Shown piece by piece: positions 48,529 to 57,163 of a stretch of DNA of 64,000 nt (the first letter of the stretch is position 1; each line of letters starts with the position of its first letter). The notes below the pieces were generated by a model that was not told where the DNA came from, did no database searches, and saw only the letters and a program-made list of their open reading frames with translations. The position numbers and the translations under genes were made by a program. Source of the DNA: Candidatus Delongbacteria bacterium (GTDB taxonomy: Bacteria; CAIWAD01); NCBI GenBank assembly GCA_963663545.1, contig OY760505.1, positions 1,376,001 through 1,440,000 on the forward strand. The letters run 5' to 3'.

Positions 48529-48800
48529 GGGGTTCTCCTGTTAGTATTGGATTCGTGGTTGCTTGAAAGGATCGGAATGGCGCAGGGGCCGTTGGGGACA
48601 AGATGGGAAGCGGATGGGTATGTCTCAAACTGCGGCTACTCTGAGGGATTACCCTCAACCAGTCTTGTAACAATGGTTTGATCCAGAAGCTGGACACCAG
48701 AATTCCAAAGATGATCAGTAGCGCTTATTGTATAGTACAAAAGTTCTTAGAAGGAACGGCTAGATCGCCTGATTGAATCTGTTACAGCACTATCCGAAAA

Positions 48801-49015
48801 CCCAATATGCGTCTTCCATACTTCTGACAGGACTTCTTGGCTGTCCTGTAGTACGAGGCAGACATCCATTGCTTCGCGGCCCGAATCCTCCACCTTCACG
48901 ATGCTGAAAATCTGGCTTTCGCTGCACCGTGACTTATGAATGTCGATCTCCTTTGCCCAATGTGCAGCAAGGAAATCTCTACTTCTGAACAGTCCTGGTT
49001 TGCGGGGAGATTACA
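48801..49015 (-). mobile_element. Degenerate IS3-family left end and orfA remnant
   Basis: Minus strand begins TGTAATCTCCCCGCAAACCAGGAC..GAAGTAGA, then RBS AAGGAG and a frame lacking ATG (ATT at 48941). It reads HKSRCSESQIFSIVK.EDSGR...DVC...WK, resembling the IS3 OrfA start MxKSRFxExQI..ILKE.EAG....VC. No orfB is present. Confidence 0.65.
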
Positions 49016-49437
49016 GAAATTCGCGCGAAATAGGGTTGCTCATAAGTTTTGTCTAAGATTCTCGTTCGATAGTCTGAAAATGCTGAAATTTCAACAAGCA
49101 TATTTGCCATGCGTTGGACAGATTCTATTAGCGGGTCAATAGTCAAATCTTGCGCTGTGAATTCAGATATAAGCGATGAGGGCGAGCTGAATCTTTACAC
49201 TACTCGAATCTTGACGCACTTCGGCTAAACTTCTTAATCCTCGTAACTGATGTGATTTCACGACTTGCATTTTTTCAATACTCAACAATGGCACAATCAA
49301 CATCACCAATGCTTCGGCATGTTTCTCCATACTTCGTTAGTTGTCTCTTGCATTTTTCCTATAGCTTGTGTATGATTACCACAGGTATACGTACCAATAT
49401 GCATGTTCGCAATCATAAGCACACAGAGGAGCCCTTA

Positions 49438-49892
49438 ATGCACACTCGCGCTGTGATTCTCCATCTAGTTATTGTCCTTATCGCAATCACATGCATCCTG
49501 TGCTACACTCTCGCTCTTCCTGTATATCAGTATTTTCACTATTTTTATGTATATCTGCACTTTTTATCATTATTCACATTCTTTCGTTAATAATTATATC
49601 TAGAAGTATTACAGAAGAATACTCTGATTCATATACTGACTGCACTTTTTTCTCTAAAGAAAACTGTGATTGCTCCGCTCCACTTTTCAGACATGTGTTT
49701 TTGTCTTGTTCCTCATCAACCTCTCACTCAAATCATTGCCTCTTCAGATACTATCGACATTCTATGCCAGAGAACAAGGCTCGCGAACTACTACACAAAG
49801 AATACCTAAAGCTAATTGCAAAGATCTCACTCCCAATCATTCTCACAATACTAATCACAACTTTGGTTACAGGATTAGGGTTAACAAAATGA
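49438..49892 (+). pseudogene. Small multi-TM membrane protein gene split by a frameshift
   Basis: RBS GAGGAG and ATG 49438 open a hydrophobic frame that stops at 49590. A second hydrophobic frame (ISVFSLFLCISALFIII...LPIILTILITTLVTGLGLTK) runs to TGA 49892 and overlaps the next ATG (ATGA). Confidence 0.55.
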
Positions 49893-51808
49893 ATTATCAG
49901 TCTTTACATAGTGCAATTTTTCAACTATCGATTGACGCAATGACCGACAAGGACTTTCAAATACCGCATTCTACTTTTTTCTCAGAACTATTCGAATCAC
50001 CAGATGACGCCTTTTCGGGTCTTGATGTGTTTTATAAAACCTTGTCAGGTAATCACCCATTCACAATTCTCACAGCCCCACCTAAAGGTGGTAAGACCAC
50101 ACTACTCTATAAGACGTCATGTGATAATGCTAATTCTAATGAATCGATAATCTATACACATATTATTGATATGAACAAACGCATTTGTCACCTTACACTC
50201 CTAAAGGATTCAGTAGAGAACCCCGAGATCTTATATCGCCACCTATACTTAGACATCAGAAAATCTATCATTGATAATATCATAATTGATGCCGATATGA
50301 TTTATAATGTTGGTTTTGCAATTTTAAACCTGTATTACTCTTTTGACCTTAAACACTCATTAATGTTGAACATGAAATCAAAACCACTAACAACTTGCGT
50401 GGCGGACTCGGAAGAAGCATTCCAAAATCTTGCTCTCAGGGATAATGAAATACTAAAGCAAATTCACAACCTCGTCATGCACGACTGTGAATTGAATCAG
50501 TTAATTGTTGGAATTAAGAGAGTTCTTGGTATTGACAAATTCATTCTCGCCTACGACAATACTGACCCATTGCATCAGAATTATCTTAACGCCCTCTTTT
50601 CATTATCAGTAGACCTTCAGCATGTTAGCAACAATGAGTACAGTACTGTTTTATCAATCAGAACTAAGAATATTAAGCGATACCACGCCAGCGGCGCTTA
50701 CGGAGATGTAATTTCTATCGAGCATTTAAAGCATGGCGGTATTTTTCACACTGTTCCTATGCATATACCAAGTGCTACTAGAAGAATGCTAGAATCCGTT
50801 GTTTACCGAAGGTACGCCTTCATGTACAAATCTAAAATTGTGCTAACTACAGCTATTGATACCGAATGCAAAGTATTTATTGAACTGAACATTAAGAGTA
50901 TTTTGAATATTTATCATCATGCTGAATTGTATCACATTGCAAACTCTCGCATTGGGCAATATCTTCATCTGCATAATAAATTCATTATTTTCCTCTTGAC
51001 TAGCCTACAGGACGATCAAAATACTGATATACAACCAAACACGACTATTCGCTTTTCCCTATTGAACTCGTACTTTTACCGTTGGCTCCATAAGACATTC
51101 GGTGAAGCAAAGAATCTATTAATGAGTATTGACCAAAGAGCACCCAAAGATGATGTTTTATTGCGAGACATTGACTTAGTTATTCTTGCATGGCTTATCA
51201 ACAATGGCCGGTCAGATACAAAAGTATGGACTCTAGTAGATCGAATGTCTACAATTTATGGCGACAAGACTGAAATCCTTAAGTCAATAATGCGCCTTTA
51301 TGACGATAATGTATTCCATAGATATATAGAAATTGGTGATTCAGAGATGTATATAAGAGAGAAAATGCTGCGTAAAAATAACTTTCACATTGAAATAACA
51401 CCACTAGGTCGCTACTTTGCCAAGCGTCTTATTACAAAATTTGAATACCTCTGCCAGTGTATTAACCTACGCGCCGTTTCTATTACTAGAAACATAGAAT
51501 CAATGCCAATGCGAGACGACACAAGAACAAAAACAAGGAACGTTCTGTTGTTTGTAAGGCGAATATCATTAATACACTCACAGTCGTTAGTCAAAATACG
51601 ACTACTTCTTGGGAGTAAAGATTGGGAAACACGCTATCGCAGCGAATTTTGTGTAAATAATAAACTAATAGTCGAAAGAATGATTACTGACCACCTTCGG
51701 TATGTCAAAAAACACTATTACGATGAGTATGATTTTCTAAGACAGGAGTATGATATATTACTCGACGATTTCTATAGGTCATTCAGAGGAAGATCCGCAC
51801 AAAAATGA
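49889..51808 (+). CDS. Orphan P-loop NTPase (about 639 aa) in an AT-rich island
   Basis: Walker A ILTAPPKGGKTT and Walker B-like FILAYDNTD. ATG 49889 is coupled to the upstream stop, and GC is much lower than in the flanks. Confidence 0.75.
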   Translation: MNYQSLHSAIFQLSIDAMTDKDFQIPHSTFFSELFESPDDAFSGLDVFYKTLSGNHPFTILTAPPKGGKTTLLYKTSCDNANSNESIIYTHIIDMNKRICHLTLLKDSVENPEILYRHLYLDIRKSIIDNIIIDADMIYNVGFAILNLYYSFDLKHSLMLNMKSKPLTTCVADSEEAFQNLALRDNEILKQIHNLVMHDCELNQLIVGIKRVLGIDKFILAYDNTDPLHQNYLNALFSLSVDLQHVSNNEYSTVLSIRTKNIKRYHASGAYGDVISIEHLKHGGIFHTVPMHIPSATRRMLESVVYRRYAFMYKSKIVLTTAIDTECKVFIELNIKSILNIYHHAELYHIANSRIGQYLHLHNKFIIFLLTSLQDDQNTDIQPNTTIRFSLLNSYFYRWLHKTFGEAKNLLMSIDQRAPKDDVLLRDIDLVILAWLINNGRSDTKVWTLVDRMSTIYGDKTEILKSIMRLYDDNVFHRYIEIGDSEMYIREKMLRKNNFHIEITPLGRYFAKRLITKFEYLCQCINLRAVSITRNIESMPMRDDTRTKTRNVLLFVRRISLIHSQSLVKIRLLLGSKDWETRYRSEFCVNNKLIVERMITDHLRYVKKHYYDEYDFLRQEYDILLDDFYRSFRGRSAQK

Positions 51809-51829
51809 ACTTGATAAGAATATCCCCCC

Positions 51830-52465
51830 CTACAGCTCGTTATTCAACCTGTAGCTGAGATTCAGAATACCCACCGAGAGGTTCTCGTTCTGCACCACCA
51901 CATCATCCGGCGCAAGTACGTGCTCGGAGCTAAAATTCCAGATGGCCTTGATGCCGTGATCCGTCAGCAGATCGCAGGTGGTCTGGGCGTAATCGTGCGG
52001 TGTGCAAATGATGCCAATGATGATCTCGTTGCGCTGAATGAAAGCCCCCATGCTGTCCAGATCCATGATGGGAATGTCGCGGATCTTCAGGCCCACTAGG
52101 CGCGGATTCACGTCAAACACACCGCGTAGGCTGAGGCCGAAACGCTCGAAGCCCGCGTAGTTAGCCAGCGCTTGGCCCAGATGACCGGCGCCGATCAGGA
52201 TCATGCGCTGCTCTTCGGTGACCGCCAGCACTTCGCGCAGCCGCGAAATGAGAAACTGCACGTTGTATTTCTTGCCCTGCCGACCAAAGCCGCCCAAGGT
52301 GAAAAAGTCCTGCCGGAGCTGCGTGGGTTTGATACCGATGATACCCGCCATCTCCGACGACGAGATTTCACTCACCACGTCCGGCAGGTTCATCAGGAAG
52401 TTCAGGTAGCGCGCGAAGCGCAACACGGTGAACTGGGGGATGTGTCTGAAATCACCGTCGTTCAT
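51830..52465 (-). CDS. rex: Redox-sensing transcriptional repressor Rex
   Basis: IP..TV.R...Y, ISSSEMA, QLRQDF...G.FG..G..Y, IGAGHLGQAL and GIKAIWNF. Confidence 0.95.
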   Translation of the reverse strand: MNDGDFRHIPQFTVLRFARYLNFLMNLPDVVSEISSSEMAGIIGIKPTQLRQDFFTLGGFGRQGKKYNVQFLISRLREVLAVTEEQRMILIGAGHLGQALANYAGFERFGLSLRGVFDVNPRLVGLKIRDIPIMDLDSMGAFIQRNEIIIGIICTPHDYAQTTCDLLTDHGIKAIWNFSSEHVLAPDDVVVQNENLSVGILNLSYRLNNEL

Positions 52466-52493
52466 GATCTGGCCCTTGTCCTTTGGTCATCGC

Positions 52494-52511
52494 TTGTCAT
52501 AAAATAAACAA
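52494..52511. promoter_or_regulatory. Putative Rex operator (autoregulation)
   Basis: TTGTCATAAAATAAACAA, 18 bp with TTGT...ACAA ends, about 30 bp upstream of rex. It is an imperfect match to TTGTGAANNNNTTCACAA. Confidence 0.55.
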
Positions 52512-52715
52512 GTTTGAGCATTGGGGCAGCATTCTAGCCCACAAGATAACGCATCTACCCTTGGCGAGGAATGACAGTAGGCCGTCGCTGGAAAGAAGAG
52601 ACCTGTATCACGGGTCTCCTCATCCAGCACGAGCAGCTCGGGCTCCAGTCCTCTGCAGAGAAGAAGAAGGTCCGCTCTCGCAGACCTTCCTGTGTCGTTC
52701 AATTCTGGTCAGCGT

Positions 52716-54035
52716 CTAGCCATCGAGACGCTCGGATAGCCAGTTGCGCAGCTGGTCTATCTTCACGCGCTCCTGCTCGCATGTATCACGATGACGAACG
52801 GTGACCGTCTGGTCTTCTTTCGTGTCGTAGTCCACCGTGATACAATAGGGCGTGCCCGCCTCGTCCTGGCGACGATAGCGACGCCCGATGGCGCCTGCCT
52901 GATCGTAGAAACCGTTCCAGCGGCCCAGCAGGTCCTTATGCAGCTGCTGGGCCAGCTCGCCGATGCCGTCCTTCTTCACCAGCGGCAGCACTGCGTACTT
53001 GATGGGCGCCAACTTGGGCGGAAAGGACATCAGCACTCGCGGCTCGCCGTCCACCTCGTCCTCGGTGTAGGCGTCACACAGGAACATCAGCATGCTGCGG
53101 TTCAGGCCCACACTGGTTTCGATGATGTAAGGCACATAGCGCTCGCCACGACCGCTGTCGATGTATTCCATCTTCTTGCCGCTGTGGGTCTGGTGCGCCT
53201 TCAAATCAAAATCGGTGCGGTTGTGAATGCCTTCCACTTCCTGCCAGCCAAAGGGGAACTCATACTCGATATCCCAGGCTTCGCGCGCGTAGTGCGCCAG
53301 CTCATCGGGGCCGTGCTCGTGGTAGCGCAAGCGCTCCGGCGTCAGTCCGAGACGCTTGTAATACTCCATGCGCGTCTCTTTCCAGTAGGCCATCCACTCG
53401 TCATCGTCGCCCGGCTTGACGAAGAACTGCATCTCCATCTGCTCGAACTCGCAGGTACGGAAAATGAAGTTGCCCGGCTTGATCTCGTTGCGAAAGGCCT
53501 TGCCCACCTGGGCGATGCCGAAGGGCACCTGCAGGCGCGCCGCCGACTGCACGTTGAGATAGTCGACGAAAATGCCCTGGGCGGTCTCGGGGCGAATGTA
53601 GACACGGGCAGCCGTGTCCTCCGTCGGACCCATGCTCGTCTTGAACATCAGGTTGAACTGGCGCGGCTCTGTAAGCGGACCACCGCACTCCGGGCAGGGC
53701 TGGCTGATGTCGATCTGGTCGGCGCGGAAACGGCTGCGGCACTCCTTGCAATCCACCAGTGGATCGTTGAAGCCATCCACGTGACCGGAAGCTTCCCAGA
53801 CTTCGGGACGCATCAGGATGGAAGCATCCAGGCCGACGATGTTCTCGTGGCGGCGGGTCATCTCGCGCCACCAGGCCTGCTGCAAATTGTTCTTCAGCTC
53901 GATACCAAGCGGACCGTAATCCCAGCAGGAAGCCAGGCCGCCGTAGATCTCGCTGCTCTGAAAGACAAAGCCCTTGCGCTTGCAGAGGCTGACCAGTTTT
54001 TCCATGGTGTCGGGTGCTTTAGTCGGCTTCGCCAT
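52716..54035 (-). CDS. glyQS: Glycine--tRNA ligase (homodimeric type)
   Basis: LCKRKGFVFQSSEIYGG, WDYGPLG, RPETAQG, GKAFRNEI, FEQME and IGRRYRRQDE.GTP. Confidence 0.97.
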   Translation of the reverse strand: MAKPTKAPDTMEKLVSLCKRKGFVFQSSEIYGGLASCWDYGPLGIELKNNLQQAWWREMTRRHENIVGLDASILMRPEVWEASGHVDGFNDPLVDCKECRSRFRADQIDISQPCPECGGPLTEPRQFNLMFKTSMGPTEDTAARVYIRPETAQGIFVDYLNVQSAARLQVPFGIAQVGKAFRNEIKPGNFIFRTCEFEQMEMQFFVKPGDDDEWMAYWKETRMEYYKRLGLTPERLRYHEHGPDELAHYAREAWDIEYEFPFGWQEVEGIHNRTDFDLKAHQTHSGKKMEYIDSGRGERYVPYIIETSVGLNRSMLMFLCDAYTEDEVDGEPRVLMSFPPKLAPIKYAVLPLVKKDGIGELAQQLHKDLLGRWNGFYDQAGAIGRRYRRQDEAGTPYCITVDYDTKEDQTVTVRHRDTCEQERVKIDQLRNWLSERLDG

Positions 54036-54834
54036 TGCTTTCCTCACTAGGTCTTGTGGCGGCTTCCCCAGCCGCTTCGGCCAGTTGGTTCAGGCTGCTC
54101 AGGCCCCGCCAGTGCTCCATGTGCGTGCGACACAGATTGTCCAGCAGATCGCCCAGCGCGCGCCGCGTGGCGCTCGTAATCTCTCGTTGTCCCACTTCCC
54201 TCGCATCGGCCCGGCTCAAAAAAAGTAACACACGCAAGAGCCGGGGCGAAAGACGCAGAAAGTCAGCGTCATGGTGGCAATCAGGACACAGAAGCTCGCC
54301 ACCGCGACGATCCAGACCAATGCCCTCGCTCTTGCGAAAGGCCTCCACTCCACGACCACAGCCAGCACAGCGCTGCAGGTCAAAGCCGCTTCCCGCCCTG
54401 GAAAGCAGGAACAAGAGCATCCAATATAGGTGGTTGACCGGGTAGGGACAATCGCCGGCCACCTGCTGCAGGCTCGTACAGAGCGCCTCGTAGAGCGCGC
54501 CGTCGGCCTGCTCGGAGAGCTGACTGTGTGACACGGCCTCGCAAAGCGCTCCCGCCGTCAGCAATCTCGAGTAAGCACGACGCAAACCGCGGTAGTCTGA
54601 AAGCAGCACGGCCTCTTTCAACAGATAGAGTTCGCGTGTATCACGGCCAAGCAGAACGAGCTCTACCTCCTGGGCTGTTTGTAACACGGGATCAAGTTGT
54701 GATCCACGCTTGCGGACGCCCTTGGCCAAAAATGCCAGGCGACCACGCTCCTCACTGAAGACATGCACGATCAGGCTGGTCTCGCCATAGACGATACGTC
54801 GTAACACAATGGCGCGAGTCTTCGACTGTTCCAT
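54019..54834 (-). CDS. recO: DNA repair protein RecO
   Basis: AIVLR...YGETSLIV..FS...G...LAKGVR and a C..CG...C..C zinc finger; ATG 54834 overlaps the mgtE stop (TGATG). Confidence 0.9.
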   Translation of the reverse strand: MEQSKTRAIVLRRIVYGETSLIVHVFSEERGRLAFLAKGVRKRGSQLDPVLQTAQEVELVLLGRDTRELYLLKEAVLLSDYRGLRRAYSRLLTAGALCEAVSHSQLSEQADGALYEALCTSLQQVAGDCPYPVNHLYWMLLFLLSRAGSGFDLQRCAGCGRGVEAFRKSEGIGLDRRGGELLCPDCHHDADFLRLSPRLLRVLLFLSRADAREVGQREITSATRRALGDLLDNLCRTHMEHWRGLSSLNQLAEAAGEAATRPSEESNGEAD

Positions 54835-56300
54835 CAGAGAAAGAGCGCTACCAGCGTCAGGTAAACGCTGAGCCCAAGAATATCGTTGGTGGTCGTGATA
54901 AAGGGACCGGTGGCGATGGCGGGATCGATGCCCACTCGACGCAGCAGTAGTGGAACGCCAGCTCCTACGATGGAAGCCTGAAACATGACGACCGATAGAG
55001 CGGCACCGATTACAATTGAGGTACGCGGATCGTGGAGCCACAGAAGGGTCACGCCAAAGAGCACCAACGCGCAGCTGAGTCCTACGATCAGGCTGACACG
55101 GGCCTCGCGAAAGAGACGCGGCCAGACTTCGTTGACCTCAAGCTCGCCGGTGGCCAGACCGCGGACTACAATAGTAGACGACTGAATGCCGACGTTGCCG
55201 CCCATACCCATCACCACAGGTACGAAGAAGCTGGCCTGCAAAGCCGTGTGCAGATCCTTCTCGAAAAGGCTCATCACAAGCGCTGCACAGATACCGCCAC
55301 TCAGCCCCATCAATAGCCAGGGGAAGCGATTGCGGGCCACGGTCAAGGTGCTGTGCTCCAAAACTTCTTCGCGTGTTCCCGCCAGGTGGCCAAAGTCCTC
55401 GTCCGTCTCTTCGCGTGCTACATCATCAAGGTCATCGTGTGTCACACGACCCAGCAGCACACCTCGCTCGTCTACAACCGGCACAGAGGGCAAGTCGTAG
55501 CGGCTGGCGTGTGTCACCAGCTCTTCCTGGTCCATGTGGGCATCAACGGCAATGTCCTCGTCGGACATGATGCCGCGAATGCTCTCGCTCTCGTGAGCCA
55601 GCAACAGATCCTGCACCGTCACGTGGCCCAGCAAACGGCCTTTGTCATTGACCACAAAGACGGTGTAGATGTCTTCGATCTCGCGTTCCTGCGCAAGTCG
55701 ACGGACTTCGGCGATGGCTTCCGTGATACTCATCTCGGGTCGAACGGCCACGTACTCCTTGGCCATCAAACCACCAGCGCTGTCCTCGGGATAACCCAGC
55801 AGCTGCTCGACCTCTGCACGCAGCTCGCTGTTGTCCATGCCTGCCAGCGCATCACGCGCGGCTTCGGCGTCAACCTCCTGCAATTCCTGGATCAAGTCGG
55901 CGGCGTCGTCCGACTCCATTTCGTCCAACACAGGAGCCAGTTCCGGCGCCTTCAACTCCTCGAGCAAATCCTCGCGCAAGCCGTCGGGAAGCTCAGGCAA
56001 CACTTCTGCCTGTGTCTCTTCGGGCAGCGCGCGAAAGAAAGCCAGAGCAGCTTCGGACTCCAGATGCGCCATAGCCGCAGCCAGATCAGCCGGGTGATAC
56101 GCGTCGACCACAAGCGCTCGCTGCTCTTCATCCAGCAACATGTAAAGCGTGATAGCGGCGTTAGTATCTACTATTTGGAAGGTCTCGATCAGCACGTCCG
56201 GGCTGAGATCAGCAAAGAGCTCGCGTAGCTCCTCATGGTCGCTGGACTGCTGCAAAATGGCTTCCAGATCCTGGAAGGACCTTGTATCACGGCTGCTCAT
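54834..56300 (-). CDS. mgtE: Magnesium transporter MgtE
   Basis: MESDDAAD, YPEDSAGGLM, a CBS pair, RFPWL, MGGNVG.Q and DPAIATGPFITTTND. Confidence 0.96.
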   Translation of the reverse strand: MSSRDTRSFQDLEAILQQSSDHEELRELFADLSPDVLIETFQIVDTNAAITLYMLLDEEQRALVVDAYHPADLAAAMAHLESEAALAFFRALPEETQAEVLPELPDGLREDLLEELKAPELAPVLDEMESDDAADLIQELQEVDAEAARDALAGMDNSELRAEVEQLLGYPEDSAGGLMAKEYVAVRPEMSITEAIAEVRRLAQEREIEDIYTVFVVNDKGRLLGHVTVQDLLLAHESESIRGIMSDEDIAVDAHMDQEELVTHASRYDLPSVPVVDERGVLLGRVTHDDLDDVAREETDEDFGHLAGTREEVLEHSTLTVARNRFPWLLMGLSGGICAALVMSLFEKDLHTALQASFFVPVVMGMGGNVGIQSSTIVVRGLATGELEVNEVWPRLFREARVSLIVGLSCALVLFGVTLLWLHDPRTSIVIGAALSVVMFQASIVGAGVPLLLRRVGIDPAIATGPFITTTNDILGLSVYLTLVALFL

Positions 56301-57153
56301 GATGTGCCTCCCGCTGATAGGCGAAGATCCGGTTGGCTACAGCGGCGAAATCTTGTGGAGTAAGCTGCTCGGGGCGCTTGTCGAGAATCTCGGGCGCAAT
56401 CTTCTCCAGCTCGTCAATACCGGGCAGCCCCGGCACGCTAGCCAAACTGTTGCGCATCATCTTGCGGCGCTGGTTGAAGGCAGCACGAACAAGTCTACGT
56501 AGGCTATCCCAATCGTCAACCTGGGCGGTCGGTGTATCACGCGGGATGAGTCGCATCACGCTACTCATCACCTTGGGCTTGGGATAGAAGGCTTCGGGAG
56601 GCACGTCCAACAGCCTTTCCCCTTCGCACAGCAGATCGCGATACACGGTCAGAATGCCGTAGTTGCGACCGCCGGGAGGTGCGAGAATGCGATCGGCCAC
56701 CTCGAGTTGAATCATGATGCTGAAGTCCGTGATACGAGCAGCCTGGGCCGGATTCTGGTGGTAGCGTATCACTTCCTCTAGCACACGAAGCAGAATGCCT
56801 GAGGTTACGTGATACGGCAGATTTCCCAGAATGCGCACCGGCTTGCCGGCAAGGTCCTGCGACAGATTGTACTCCAGAAAATCGGCGTGCACCAGTTTGA
56901 GGTTGGCGGGCGATCCCAGCTCCTCCTGCAAAAGCTCCACCATGCGCTGGTCGATCTCAACGGCGTATAGGTTGTCCGTGTACTTCAACAGCTCGCGCGT
57001 CAGAACGCCCTTGCCGGGACCAATCTCCAGCACAGTGTCCGTGGGCGTCAAGGCAAAAGCCTGCACGATACGCTGAATCCAGAAGGAATCCGTAAGGAAG
57101 TTCTGCCCCAGCGACTTCTTGGCGTGCAGCGACTTAAAGGATTTTCGTGCCAC
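56287..57153 (-). CDS. rsmA: 16S rRNA dimethyladenosine transferase RsmA/KsgA
   Basis: KKSLGQNFL, EIGPGKG, EID, NLPY, F.PKPKV.S and FNQRRK; GTG 57153 follows AAGGAGG. Confidence 0.96.
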   Translation of the reverse strand: MARKSFKSLHAKKSLGQNFLTDSFWIQRIVQAFALTPTDTVLEIGPGKGVLTRELLKYTDNLYAVEIDQRMVELLQEELGSPANLKLVHADFLEYNLSQDLAGKPVRILGNLPYHVTSGILLRVLEEVIRYHQNPAQAARITDFSIMIQLEVADRILAPPGGRNYGILTVYRDLLCEGERLLDVPPEAFYPKPKVMSSVMRLIPRDTPTAQVDDWDSLRRLVRAAFNQRRKMMRNSLASVPGLPGIDELEKIAPEILDKRPEQLTPQDFAAVANRIFAYQREAHHEQP

Positions 57154-57163
57154 AAATACCTCC

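Noticed and set aside
52791..54050. Long antisense ORFs (e.g. 52791..54050, 27683..28798, 2276..3139, 8784..9647, 10179..11078, 55353..56228)
   Set aside because: Each mirrors a well-supported gene on the opposite strand, which is typical of GC-rich codon bias.
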